A stretch of DNA of 64,000 nucleotides from Vulcanimicrobiota bacterium (GTDB lineage: Bacteria > Vulcanimicrobiota > Vulcanimicrobiia > Vulcanimicrobiales > Vulcanimicrobiaceae): the NCBI GenBank assembly GCA_963723515.1, contig CAVRQT010000003.1, forward strand, positions 288,001 to 352,000, written 5' to 3'. The translations under genes were made by a program, and so were the position numbers. Below are positions 32,124 to 43,364 of the stretch, piece after piece. The notes under the pieces were generated by a model, which saw only the letters and a program-made list of their open reading frames with translations, had not been told where the DNA came from and searched no databases. The first letter of the stretch is position 1; each line of letters opens with the position of its first letter.

Positions 32124-33327
32124 ATGCCGAGTTTAACGCGCGCCTAGAAAAGGAGCTGGATGCGCTAAGAGCGGCCGGCACGTATAAACATCTGCGTCAT
32201 TTGACGACGCCGATGGCGCCAGAAGTTCACATGGAAGAAGCCGGCGACGTGATCGTGCTCTCCAGCAACAACTATCTCGGGCTCGCGGATCAACCGGAAG
32301 TGATTGAAGCGGGGATTGAAGGCCTGCGCAAGTACGGCGCGGGCACCGCATCGGTGCGGTTTATTTGCGGAACGTTCGACATACATCGCGTGCTGGAAGA
32401 GCGCATCGCTGAGTTTCTTTCAACGGAAGCGTCGCTCACGTACGTTTCGTGCTGGAATGCGAACACCGGCCTCTTTCCGACGATTGCGGAAGAAGGCGCC
32501 ACGCTGATTTCCGACGAGCTGAACCACGCATCGATCATCGACGGGTGCCGTTTAGCGACGAAAGCCAAGCGCGAGCGCTACAAGCACGGCGACATGCACG
32601 AGTTGGAAGAGAAGCTCAAAGCCGCGGATCCCGCGGGCCGAAAATCATCGTTACCGACGGCGTCTTTTCGATGGAAGGTTCGTTAGCGAAGCTGCCCGAG
32701 ATCGTCGAGTTGGCGAAGAAGCACAATGCGATTACAGTCGTCGACGATAGTCACGGAACCGGCGTCATGGGAAAAACGGGCCGCGGCACGATCGAGCACT
32801 ACGGGCTTGAGGGTCAGATCGACGTCATCACGGGTACGCTCGGCAAGGCGCTCGGTGGGGCGGCCGGCGGCTTTGTTGCCGGCAGCCGCGCGTTGATCGA
32901 CATGTTGATTCAAAGATCGCGCCCGCAATTGTTTTCAAATGCGCTTCCTGCGACGGTCGCTTGCAGCTCGTTAGCGGCCATCGAATACCTTGAAGCGCAT
33001 CCGGAGTTAATGGATCACTTGCGCGAGAAGATCGCGTATTTCCGAAGCGGTTTGCTGAAGCTCGGTTACGAACCGCTCGAGGGCGAAAGCGCCATCATCC
33101 CGATCATCGTCGGCGATACGGCGTTCGCAATCGCGCTCAGCGATAAATTGTTGCAGAAGGGCGTCTTTGTAACCGGATTCGGCTATCCGGTCGTGCCTGA
33201 AGGCACTGCGCGCATTCGGGTTCAGATGAGCGCGAAGTTGACGAAAGAAGAAATGGATCACGCGCTGGCGGCGTTTGACGAAGTCGGGCACGAAGTCGGC
33301 GTATTGAAACGGGGCGTCCCGGCGTAC
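32120..33327 (+). CDS. kbl: Glycine C-acetyltransferase; frameshift near 32635; expected stop reads TAC in this assembly
   Basis: SNNYLGL, ASVRFICGT, LNHASIIDG, DGVFSMEG, GTLGKALGG, ARIRVQMSA. Confidence 0.9.
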
Positions 33328-34205
33328 ACATATTCTAAAAGTCAGCGGCCATGGTACGCACGCAATGAAGATGCAGTAAGAACTGTAATCGGGCGCGGCA
33401 GTTGCTGCATTGGCGCGGTTGGCGCTGTTGGCTTTTTGCATACGCTCGTACCGGATCATTGGGCGCCGATCGCGGTGATGGCTCGGCGACAGGGATGGAT
33501 CGACCGGCAAACGATGGGCGCTGCTGCTACTCGCGGGTAGCGGCCATATCGTTTCGACGTTGATCCTCGGTGTGATCGTTTGGATCGCGGGAGTGGCACT
33601 CGCGGCGCGCTTTGGGCACGCTGTGAGCTTCGCATCGAGCCTTGGGCTTATCGCTTTTGGCGCTTGGATCGCGATCGCAGCGTGGCGGGAGCAACATGGC
33701 ACTTCCGCAGCGGCGAGACGCCCGAGCGCACGACCATCTACATCGGCATGCCGACGGAGTGGAGCACATTCATTGGCACGAACATTCCGATGCTGACTGG
33801 CACGCTACTGAAGGGAGCGCTGCGCTCGACGTACCGTTGCACGAGCACGAACATAAAGCATCGGGTCGCACGGCCTTGCTGCATGATCGTGGGATCATCT
33901 CCGATGATCGAGGGTATCCCGGCATTTTTCGCAGCGAGCCGTTACGGACCCACGCAGCTCGTGATGATGGCCGTTGTGTTTGGCGCTTCAACGATCGCAA
34001 CATATATTGTGATGTGCATGATTTCAAAGCGATAGCCTGCAGCGCTTTCGGCTTGCTTCCTTCGAACGATATGGTGAGGTGTTAAGCGGCATTGGTGATT
34101 GCTCTGCTGGGAGCTGGTCTTTTTGATTTTTCCTTTGCCTAAGTTGGCGGCTTTGACGAAGTCGGGCACGAAGTCGGCGTATTGAAGCGCGGAGTACCCG
34201 CCTAA
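33274..34205 (+). repeat. Direct repeat of the kbl 3' end (33274-33308 = 34152-34186, 35 bp identical, then synonymous variants)
   Basis: TTTGACGAAGTCGGGCACGAAGTCGGCGTATTGAA occurs twice. Confidence 0.95.
33365..34142 (+). CDS. Putative Ni/Co transporter-like membrane protein with His-rich loop; many apparent frameshifts
   Basis: GFLHTLVPDHWAP, GHIVST, HDHLHRHADGVEHIHWHEH, SSPMIEGIPAFF. Confidence 0.6.
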
Positions 34206-34209
34206 CGCG

Positions 34210-35104
34210 CTAGATTGCCGCGGCGAGTGCGCGCGCTTTTTCTTTAACGGAATCTCGAATTTCACGAACCGCATCGATCGACTGACCGTTCGGATCGGCC
34301 AATCCCCAATCTTCATCGATGCGCGGCACGCTAAGCAAGTCGCAAGCCGCGACATCGCAACCCATCGTGATTATCTTGGATGCACGTCGGGCGATTGTGT
34401 CATGCAGCGTTTTGGGTCGCGCCGCTGATATGTCGATGCCGTCCTCGGCCATCACCGCAACGACGTGCGGATCCGGTGCGTCGGCGATCGCCGTTCCGGC
34501 GGAAGCGACTTCAACGCGATCGCCTGCGAATTGCCGCAGGTACGCCTCCGCCATTTGACTGCGGCCCGCATTATGTTTGCAAACGAAAAGCACGAGCGGC
34601 TTGAGGATCTTTTCCATCGCCAATACGTCCACGTACTTGCCATCAAGGCGCCCTTGCTCGCGAAACGTGCCCACTTCGGCGAAACCGCATTTGCGGTAGA
34701 GTCTCACGCCTGCCTCATTGGTCGGGCAGTGCGAAGAGCACGATCTTATGAAAGCGATTGGCGATCGCGGCTCGCTCGATATGTTGGAGCAACCGAGCTC
34801 CTATGCCGTGGCCTCGTTTATCACGCCGGACATAGATAGAAAGATCCGCGACACCCTCATATGCGCAGCGGTGCGAGTACGGATTGAGCGAGGCCCAGCC
34901 GACAACCGCGTCGCCTTCGGTTGCCACGAGGACGCGGTACCGCTCGCCCCGATCCTGATACCATTTCAGGATTTCGGACGCGGTCTTCGGATCGACGTCG
35001 AGCGTTGCGATCCGATCCTCGATCCCCTGATTGAAAATGAGCCGAATCGCCGCTACGTCATCTTGGCGCGCATTGCGAACAGTAATGCCTTGCGCGGTGG
35101 TCAT
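34210..35104 (-). CDS. ArsN1-like GNAT acetyltransferase apparently fused to LMW-PTP arsenate reductase ArsC; frameshift near 34715
   Basis: NQGIEDRIAT, WASLNPYSHRCAY, REQGRLDG..DVLAMEK continuing in frame into LFVCKHNAGRSQMAEA and DWGLADP. Confidence 0.8.
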
Positions 35105-35802
35105 GCGCGCGACTCATGCGGCACAGCAATTTCGGCTGCACGCGCTTTCAGACGCGGGGTAAGCCAACCGAAAAGCGCTGTTGCGGCGGCGGCACCTAAG
35201 AGTTGCGCGATGATGAACGGCGCCACATCGACGACTCGAATTCCCGCGAAAGTGTCGGAAAGCGCGCGGCCGACCGTTACTGCCGGATTTGCAAACGATG
35301 TGGACGGTGTGAACCAGTAGGCCGCGATGATATAACCTGCGACGGCGAAGGGCACGAGCGCCACGCGAAATCGAGCGCTTCCCCAGATGATGCACAGCAA
35401 ACCGAACGTGGCGATGAACTCGCTGAACCATTGCGACCCGCCGCTGCGTTCGTGATGCGGAAACGAAACGAACGGTAAGCCGAACATCACATTAGCGGTG
35501 ATGGCGCCCACGATCGCCCCGATAACCTGACCCGAGCAATAAAAAGCCGCATCGCGCCAGGATATTCCGCCGGCTGACGCATCGGATAGGGAAACGGCGG
35601 GGTTAAAATGGCCGCCTGAAATTGACCCAAAAGCGGCGATGATCGCGACTAACGCGCCGCCGGTTGCAACAGCATTCGCGAGAAGTGCCAACGCCGTATT
35701 ACCGCCCGAAAGGCGCTGCGCCATGATCCCGGAGCCGATAATGGCAGCAACTAAGATTGCCGTGCCGAGAAATTCACAAGTGACTCGGCGCGCGAGCGCC
35801 AC
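35101..35802 (-). CDS. MIP/aquaporin-family channel (ars-associated)
   Basis: SGGHFNPAVS and TSFANPAVT; GSGIMAQRL. Confidence 0.9.
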   Translation of the reverse strand: MALARRVTCEFLGTAILVAAIIGSGIMAQRLSGGNTALALLANAVATGGALVAIIAAFGSISGGHFNPAVSLSDASAGGISWRDAAFYCSGQVIGAIVGAITANVMFGLPFVSFPHHERSGGSQWFSEFIATFGLLCIIWGSARFRVALVPFAVAGYIIAAYWFTPSTSFANPAVTVGRALSDTFAGIRVVDVAPFIIAQLLGAAAATALFGWLTPRLKARAAEIAVPHESRA

Positions 35803-36255
35803 TTAAGCGGCGGGCTCAGTGGACGATTCACCGCAAGATGCTTGCTCAGAATGACTCGAGCAGCAGTCGCTTACGCCGCCGTCGCGAATTTCAGATTCTT
35901 CCAGCACGGTATACACCTCCCAACGGCGGCCGTCAGGATCGCTCGTCCACACCTTCGTTTGCTTGGCATAGCAACACGTTTCTTCACGTTCGATATCGAT
36001 GGGATAGCCGGCGTCTTTTAGACGCGCGATCGCGGTCATGACGGCGTCCGCATCATGCACTGCGATCCCATAGTGAGCGCTACCGACTGCTACGTTTCCG
36101 GAAGAGCGATTTAACGCAAGCTCGAGACCTGGATCGTCCGTCACGAAGAAGGCATAGTCATCGTAATGTTTGACCGGCGCACAGTGCAGCAAATTCTTGT
36201 AGAATGCGACCGCAACATCCAGATCGTGCGTCTGGAAGCTCAAGTGAATCTTCAT
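35803..36255 (-). CDS. ArsI/CadI-family VOC metalloenzyme
   Basis: MKIHLS, HYG, ETCCYAKQTKVW.SDPDG..WEVY. Confidence 0.88.
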   Translation of the reverse strand: MKIHLSFQTHDLDVAVAFYKNLLHCAPVKHYDDYAFFVTDDPGLELALNRSSGNVAVGSAHYGIAVHDADAVMTAIARLKDAGYPIDIEREETCCYAKQTKVWTSDPDGRRWEVYTVLEESEIRDGGVSDCCSSHSEQASCGESSTEPAA

Positions 36256-36578
36256 GCGGCGACTTTCTGTGGTAACGCGATGGCCAAAGCAGCATTGAGC
36301 CGTTCGCGCACGTGATCGGCCAGGCGGTAGTATACCCAGGTGCCGCGGCGTTCGCAGGTGACTAAGTTCGCTTCTCTCAGAATGCGAAGATGGTGCGAAA
36401 CGGTCGGCTGGTTCAGCGGCAGCGCATCCGTAAAATCGCAGACACATACCTCATGCTTTGCGCGCGCTAGCGTGGCAAGCATCGTGAGGCGATAGGGATC
36501 GCCGAGCGCTCTCAGCAGGTCGGCTTCCGAGTTGAAGTCGCGGCTGTAGACGCGTGCGGGGGGACAACATCGCTGCAT
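36252..36578 (-). CDS. arsR: ArsR/SmtB repressor
   Basis: ALGDPYRL, EVCVCDF, QPTVSHHLRIL, RRGTWVYY. Confidence 0.92.
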   Translation of the reverse strand: MQRCCPPARVYSRDFNSEADLLRALGDPYRLTMLATLARAKHEVCVCDFTDALPLNQPTVSHHLRILREANLVTCERRGTWVYYRLADHVRERLNAALAIALPQKVAA

Positions 36579-36585
36579 TAAGCTG

Positions 36586-36614
36586 ATCGTATCGGCTGAA
36601 TCGAAGATTGTCAA
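36586..36614 (-). promoter_or_regulatory. Sigma70-type promoter of the ars operon (probably leaderless)
   Basis: Minus-strand TTGACA-N17-TACGAT, 7 nt before ATG 36578. Confidence 0.75.
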
Positions 36615-36672
36615 TATAGCGTTCCGCCCGTTTCCGATTCCGAAGCGGTGAAGAGGGGCATAAGAGATTACA

Positions 36673-37647
36673 ATGTATGCCGCCGCGCGATTGCTCTTGA
36701 TACTGTTGAGCACGGCGTCTGTGGCGAGTGCGCAAACGCCGGTCGGAAGCTGGAGTCTTGGGCCTCGATTGCCGACCGAGCGCAGCGAAGTATCGGTCGC
36801 AGCCGCCGGAACGCAGATCTATGTCATTGGCGGATACGCACCGGCGGGGAGCAATCCGACGGCTTTGGACACCACCGGCAAGGTGGACGTGGACCAACGG
36901 CTCGTTGAATCGTTCGACGTCGCAACCCAACAGTGGGCGCAACGCGCGCCGTTACCGCGCGGAATGAATCACGTCGGCGTGACGACGTACGATGGCCGAA
37001 TTTATACGTTCGGCGGCTTCATTCTTCAAAATCACGATGCCGTTACGGACGCATACGTATACGATCCGCAGACCGACCGGTGGAGCGCGATTGCGCCGCT
37101 GCCTCATGCTCTGGGATCGGTTTCGGTCGCCGTGCTTGGCGATAAGATCCATCTCGTTGGCGGGCGCGACGTGCACAGCGTTACAGACCACCTCGTGTAC
37201 GATCCCACCACGAACACGTATACGCGCGCCGCACCCCTACCAGTGGGCCGGGACCACATGGGCCTCGTTCCTTACAACGGTAAACTGTATGCGATCGCCG
37301 GCCGCATCGACGATTTCAATCACAACACTTCATACGTCGACATCTACGATCCGGCGACGAACGGGTGGACCTCCGGAACTGCGATGCCGTCGCAACGCAG
37401 CGGCATGGCGGTCGCCGTCTATCGCGATAGAATCTTTGCCATTGGTGGCGAGCGTGGCGGCGGCACCTTTACGAATAACGAAGCGTACGATCCGCGTACT
37501 AACGCCTGGTCAACGTATGCCCCGCTTGCGGAGGGAAGACATGGAACAGGCGCGGCTGTTCTCAGCGACCATCTGTACATTCCGGCCGGCGGACCGCTGA
37601 ACGGCGGCAGCCGCCAATCAAATACGCTCTACATCTTTAGGCTGTAG
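36673..37647 (+). CDS. Exported Kelch-repeat beta-propeller protein
   Basis: Signal peptide; six repeats with IY..GG...YDP....W. Confidence 0.9.
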   Translation: MYAAARLLLILLSTASVASAQTPVGSWSLGPRLPTERSEVSVAAAGTQIYVIGGYAPAGSNPTALDTTGKVDVDQRLVESFDVATQQWAQRAPLPRGMNHVGVTTYDGRIYTFGGFILQNHDAVTDAYVYDPQTDRWSAIAPLPHALGSVSVAVLGDKIHLVGGRDVHSVTDHLVYDPTTNTYTRAAPLPVGRDHMGLVPYNGKLYAIAGRIDDFNHNTSYVDIYDPATNGWTSGTAMPSQRSGMAVAVYRDRIFAIGGERGGGTFTNNEAYDPRTNAWSTYAPLAEGRHGTGAAVLSDHLYIPAGGPLNGGSRQSNTLYIFRL

Positions 37648-37681
37648 CGGCCGCTTTCCGTTGCGGAGTCATCGCTAATGA

Positions 37682-37723
37682 ATGTTAAATATATTTGACA
37701 TAATGTAAGATATCTGTTACTAT
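37682..37723 (+). promoter_or_regulatory. Sigma70 promoter overlapped by a palindromic operator
   Basis: TTGACA (37695)-N17-TACTAT (37718); near-palindrome ATGTTAAATATATTTGACAT at 37682-37701. Confidence 0.8.
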
Positions 37724-37749
37724 GCGGCGCATGCTTAAGGAGATTCAAC

Positions 37750-38175
37750 GTGCCGTATAGGGAGAAGACCGCTTGGCTATCGCTCGTTGCGATAGCCGTT
37801 ACGTTCGGGCCGTATTTTGCGATTGTGGCCGTCGGGCCGTTCCGCGCCGCCGCAGTTCCCAATCTGCCGCAGCTCGGCCTCTTTGCCGTCGCGATGGTAA
37901 TTCAAATGTTGATCCTCGCGTCCGGCAATATCTATCTGCGCCGAAAATCGCCGCAAGATGCGCGGACCGGACCCGATGAACGCGATAACGCGATCATGCA
38001 CCGCTCAGTCAGTGCAGCATATTACGTCTTGATTGCCGGCATGATTTTGGTCGGCTGCGTCATGCCCTTCAGTTACAGCGGCTGGGCAATCATCAACGCC
38101 GCGCTCGTTATGATTGTGGCTGCGGAGCTCGTTCACTATGGCGTCGTCGTCCTAAGCTACCGCTCGCAGCGATGA
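37750..38175 (+). CDS. Membrane protein (DUF2178-like)
   Basis: Four hydrophobic segments, DERD motif; coupled to an XRE regulator. Confidence 0.7.
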   Translation: MPYREKTAWLSLVAIAVTFGPYFAIVAVGPFRAAAVPNLPQLGLFAVAMVIQMLILASGNIYLRRKSPQDARTGPDERDNAIMHRSVSAAYYVLIAGMILVGCVMPFSYSGWAIINAALVMIVAAELVHYGVVVLSYRSQR

Positions 38176-38411
38176 TTCGCGGCTCGATCTCTAATTGCGT
38201 GCGGACGCTGCGTTTCCACAATGGCGAAATGTCGCAAGCCGAACTCGGGCAATGCATTGGTCTTACGCGGCAGACAATTGCCGCGATCGAAGCGGGAAAG
38301 TACTCGCCGTCGTTAGAGGCTGCGTTCCGGATCGCCGAGGTCTTTAATGTGCCGTTGGGCGAGGTGTTTCAGTGGCGTCCGGACGGCGCCAACGAAAATG
38401 AAGTCCGCTGA
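38172..38411 (+). CDS. XRE-family HTH regulator
   Basis: MSQAELG..IGLTRQTIAAIEAGKYSPSLE. Confidence 0.9.
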   Translation: MIRGSISNCVRTLRFHNGEMSQAELGQCIGLTRQTIAAIEAGKYSPSLEAAFRIAEVFNVPLGEVFQWRPDGANENEVR

Positions 38412-38427
38412 TTTCTCAGCGGACTTC
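38400..38427 (-). terminator. Intrinsic terminator downstream of tRNA-fMet
   Basis: 12-bp stem GAAGTCCGCTGA/TCAGCGGACTTC followed on the minus strand by ATTTT. Confidence 0.7.
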
Positions 38428-38475
38428 TCGACATGTTGCGGGGGCGAGATTTGAACTCGCGACCTTCGGGTTATG

Positions 38476-39162
<687 letters not shown>

Positions 39163-39249
39163 GTCGGCGTTAGTACGGCGGCGGCTAGCGGCTCACCTGT
39201 GAACGTACAGAGTATCGTTAACTCTCCACAAAATGATTCTGCGACGTGA

Positions 39250-40323
39250 GTGAGCACCGACAAGGCAGCGAGCTTCTTAACGCGCTTCGCAAGTTGCCGA
39301 AAGTTCAGTTGCATTGCCATCTTGAGGGTACGGTGCGAGCGCAGTACTTTTACGGAGCTCGCAGCACGCTACGGCGTGCCGACGTCATACGAGCCTGGCG
39401 ATAAAGCGCGCGCCCTTGCGACGCAACGATCCGAATCGGTCTACCGCTTCAACGGCTTCCAAGAGTTCTTATTCAAGTTTGCCGCAGTTTGCCGATCCCT
39501 GCAGCAAGCGGACGACTATGTCCGCATCCTACATGAGTATGCGCAGGACGCCCTCGCAAATGGCGTCATGTATGCGGAGTTAACGCTCTCTCCATCGGCG
39601 TGGCTCTTCTTTCATAAACGGCTCGACGCTCTGGGTGTTTTAAAAAAATTGAGCGCTGCCGCGAATGAAATTGAAGGCCGCTACGGCTTGCGCATCCGTT
39701 TCATCATCGACATCACGCGAAACTTCGGGCGCGAGAAGGCGCTGGAAAGCGTCCAGTTTGCGCACGCCTTGCGCGATCATGGGATTGTCGGCATCGGGCT
39801 CGGCGGCGATGAAGCGAATTTTCCAGCTCCCTTGTTCGAAGAAGCGTTTCGAAAAGCACGCGAATTTGGACTCCATGCGGTCGCCCATGCCGGTGAAGCG
39901 GCGGGCGCAGAAAGTGTCCGCGATGCGGTAATGATTTTGCAGGTTGAGCGCATCGGTCACGGCATTCGTGCGCTCGAGGACCTGGAAGTTATCGAGTTGC
40001 TGAAGCAACGCAATATCACGCTTGAAATCTGCCCGACATCGAACTATCGCACCGGCGTCGTGCCTCAAAATCGGCCGCATCCTCTGGCCGAATTGCACCG
40101 GGCCGGCGTCCCATTGACGATCGACTCCGACGATCCCGCAATTTTTGAAACGGACATCACCCGTGAATATGCCTACGCTGAATCGATCGCGGGAATCGAT
40201 GCGGTTCTGGCATTTGCACGACGCGGAATCGATGCTTCCTTTACCGATCTAGCGATGAGGACGGCGATGGCTGACAAACAGCGGAATGCGAGCGTGGAAC
40301 TGTTGCGCGCTCGTCGAACGTAG
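39250..40323 (+). CDS. add: Adenosine/adenine deaminase; apparent frameshift near N-terminus
   Basis: LHCHLEG in an adjacent frame; AHAGE, RIGHG, EICPTSN, DSDDP. Confidence 0.88.
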   Translation: MSTDKAASFLTRFASCRKFSCIAILRVRCERSTFTELAARYGVPTSYEPGDKARALATQRSESVYRFNGFQEFLFKFAAVCRSLQQADDYVRILHEYAQDALANGVMYAELTLSPSAWLFFHKRLDALGVLKKLSAAANEIEGRYGLRIRFIIDITRNFGREKALESVQFAHALRDHGIVGIGLGGDEANFPAPLFEEAFRKAREFGLHAVAHAGEAAGAESVRDAVMILQVERIGHGIRALEDLEVIELLKQRNITLEICPTSNYRTGVVPQNRPHPLAELHRAGVPLTIDSDDPAIFETDITREYAYAESIAGIDAVLAFARRGIDASFTDLAMRTAMADKQRNASVELLRARRT

Positions 40324-40332
40324 AGGCTCTCC

Positions 40333-40800
40333 ATGCCGCACCACACGCACTCCCATTTTGCCGAATCGATCGAAGAGTATTTGGAAACGGTCTACCGTTT
40401 AGAACGTGAAGGGCCCGGCGTAACGACATCGGGTCTGGCAGCCTGTCTTGGCATCTCGCGCGCATCGGTTTCCGGAATGCTGAAGAAGCTTGCTGAGGAC
40501 GGCTATCTGGACTATCGCGCCCGCGGCGAAGCGCGGTTGACGCAGAAAGGGTTAGCAATTGCGACGCGCGTCATTCGTCGCCATCGGTTAGCGGAGTGCT
40601 TGCTGACCGACGTCCTTGGCATGCCGAGCGATGAAGTGCATTACGACGCATGTATGCTCGAGCACGCAATTTCGGATCGCGTTGAAACGCAGATGGTGCG
40701 CGTTCTCGGAGATCCGAAAACCTGTCCGCACGGGCATACGATTCCGTCCTTGAACGAAACGGCGTTGCATACACGTCCTTCGCGCGACGGTTCACGGTAA
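40333..40800 (+). CDS. DtxR/MntR metal-dependent regulator
   Basis: EEYLETVY, RRHRLAE, ACMLEHAIS, CPHG. Confidence 0.92.
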   Translation: MPHHTHSHFAESIEEYLETVYRLEREGPGVTTSGLAACLGISRASVSGMLKKLAEDGYLDYRARGEARLTQKGLAIATRVIRRHRLAECLLTDVLGMPSDEVHYDACMLEHAISDRVETQMVRVLGDPKTCPHGHTIPSLNETALHTRPSRDGSR

Positions 40801-40803
40801 GCG

Positions 40804-41460
40804 ATGCTAACGCGGCTGCTCGTCGTCGCGAACGTCATCGTCTTCATCTGGGAATATGTGACGGGCGCTTTTGGACCGCAATACGGCTACACCCAAGGCG
40901 GGCGGACCGTCGTCACTTACGACCCGATCGTCGCGCATGGCGCGATCTACGGACCGGCGATCTTCGGCAAGCACGAATATTGGCGCGTGATTTCGGGCGC
41001 GTTCTTGCATGGTGGAATCTTGCACATCGCCGTGAATATGTTTGCGCTTTGGCAAGTCGGCTCGGCCGTTGAAGCGATCATGGGAACGCCGCGTATGGCC
41101 GTCGTGTATTTCGGCTCGGCAATTGCGGCTGGATTCGCCGCCGCCTACTTCAACTATGGAGAGCCGGTCGTCGGTGCAAGCGGCGCAATTTTCGGCCTCT
41201 TCGGCGCGCTCGTTGCGATCGGCCTTCGCCATGGCACGCGCGGCAGATCCCTGATCGCACAAACGTTGCCGATCATCATTCTCAATCTGGTCATCGGCTT
41301 CTCGATTCCGCACATTGCCAATTCAGCGCATATCGGCGGACTGATCGCAGGATTCGCCTTTGGTTTCCTGATTTATCAGGTGCCGCGCCCGGTCCGAACG
41401 TATGTGACCGATGCGCAAACCGGTGAAGCGCTCGACTCACACCTTTACGAGCAGCGATGA
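40804..41460 (+). CDS. Rhomboid intramembrane serine protease
   Basis: WR, FLHGGILHIAVNM, GASGAIFG, AHIGG. Confidence 0.93.
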   Translation: MLTRLLVVANVIVFIWEYVTGAFGPQYGYTQGGRTVVTYDPIVAHGAIYGPAIFGKHEYWRVISGAFLHGGILHIAVNMFALWQVGSAVEAIMGTPRMAVVYFGSAIAAGFAAAYFNYGEPVVGASGAIFGLFGALVAIGLRHGTRGRSLIAQTLPIIILNLVIGFSIPHIANSAHIGGLIAGFAFGFLIYQVPRPVRTYVTDAQTGEALDSHLYEQR

Positions 41461-43350
41461 ACGCGATCGACGAAATCTTTGAAACCGGCGGGCCGATCGC
41501 GCACGCAATCCAGGGCTTTGAATCGCGTCCGGGCCAACTGCAAATGGCGCAGCTGATCGAACGTGGATTCTTGGAAGGCGTGCACACGATCGTTGAAGCC
41601 GGAACGGGCGTCGGCAAATCGCTGGCATATTTGATCCCGGCGCTGCGCAGCGGAAAGAAAGTCGTCGTTTCGACCGGCACGATTGCGCTCCAAGAGCAGC
41701 TCTTCAACAAAGACATTCCGCTCGTCACGCGGGCGCTCAACCAGTCGGCGCGCGTGACGGTCGTCAAAGGCCGCAACCACTATCTCTGCCGGCAGAAATT
41801 GGATCGCAGTCGCGGCGACCGCCTCATTGCGTCATCGCGGACGATGGCGCGGCTCTGGGAGTGGGGCGCAAAAACGGAGACGGGCGATCGCGCCGAGCTG
41901 TCCTTCGTTCCGCCGGCGCAAGAGTGGGAACAGCTCGACGCTGACGCCGACGATTGCGTCGGCGAATTTTGCGAGCACTTCCGCGAGTGTTTTTTCTTTA
42001 AGAAACGCGACGAAGCGAAGTACGCCGACCTGATCGTCGTCAACCACGCGCTGTTCTTCCTGGACTTAGCGATGGGCGGCGGTTTGCTGCCGCCGTACGA
42101 TTTCGTCGTGCTCGATGAGGCGCATCAATGCGAGCGGTGGGCGACAGCGGCCCTGACTGCGACCCTTTCGGGCGGTTCCATCGCGCGCATGCTGCGCAAG
42201 CTGCATCGCACGTACGAGCTGCCCTCCGATTTCGATGCCGAGTTCGACGAAGGGGTTCGCGCGCTGGAATCGACGTTGGCCCGCGTTCCCGGTGATCGCT
42301 ATCCCTTGGCGGCTAATGAAGACGTTTCGGAGCCGCTCGAGATGCTGCGCGCGACGCTCTACCGTTTGGAGAATTGGCTGTATGCGCATTGGGATCGCGC
42401 GTTGCGCCGGCGGCCTGACAACGATGCCGAAGGCGAACGCCGTCGCGATCTTGCGATGCGCTCGATCCTCGCGCACCTCGGTACGATCGAGCGCGCGAAG
42501 TTTTCTGATGAACAGTCGATCGCGTGGGTTGAGCGCGGCGAAGGCGACGGACGCTACCAGATCAACAGCGCACCCTACGACGTCGGCGCGTTCTTGCAGG
42601 CGACACTCTTCGACCGCACGCCGAGCGTCGTGCTGACCAGCGCGACGATCGCTACTGGCCGTTCATTTGAATTCTTGCGGCGGACGCTTGGACTTGTGGA
42701 AGCGCAGGAGTTGATTGCGCTCTCGCCATTTGAGTATCGGCAACAAGCGCGGCTCTTCATTGCACCTCCCCAATTGAATCCGAAGGCGCCCGATTTTGCG
42801 GTTCGCGCCGCACCGCTCGTCGAAGAGTGTCTCGACCGTTCCCGAGGCCGTGCTTTTGTGCTCTTTACATCGTACGCAAGATTGCGCGAAATCTACGCGC
42901 TTGTGCGGGAACGGATTCCTTATCCGACGCGAATGCAAGGCGAACTGCCGCGAACGCATTTGCTCGAATGGTTTCGAACGACGCCGCATGCGGTGCTCTT
43001 CGCCACGAATACATTTTGGGAAGGCATCGATGTCGCCGGAGAGCAGCTCTCGTGCGTCATCGTCGATCGGCTTCCATTTCCCTCGCCTGGGGATCCGTTG
43101 GTCGCCGCTCGCCTAGCTTCCATCGAAGCGCGAAGGCCGGAGCAGCTTCGAAGATTACATGATTCCATCGGCAACAATGCGCCTAAAACAGGGCTTCGGC
43201 CGGCTAATCCGTGCGAAGACCGATCGCGGATTGCTCGTTTGTCTCGATGGCCGCGCGGGTGCGTCGCGTTACGGGCACACGATCATCGACGCGCTGCCGC
43301 CCGCGCGACGGATCGCGCAGCTCGAAGAGCTCGACGGTTTCTTTTCGTAA
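41457..43350 (+). CDS. DinG/YoaA-family Fe-S helicase; apparent frameshift near 43135
   Basis: EAGTGVGKS, KGRNHYLC, DEAH, FWEGID, then LKQGFGRLIR in the next frame. Confidence 0.9.
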
Positions 43351-43364
43351 GAAAGCCAGTCGCG

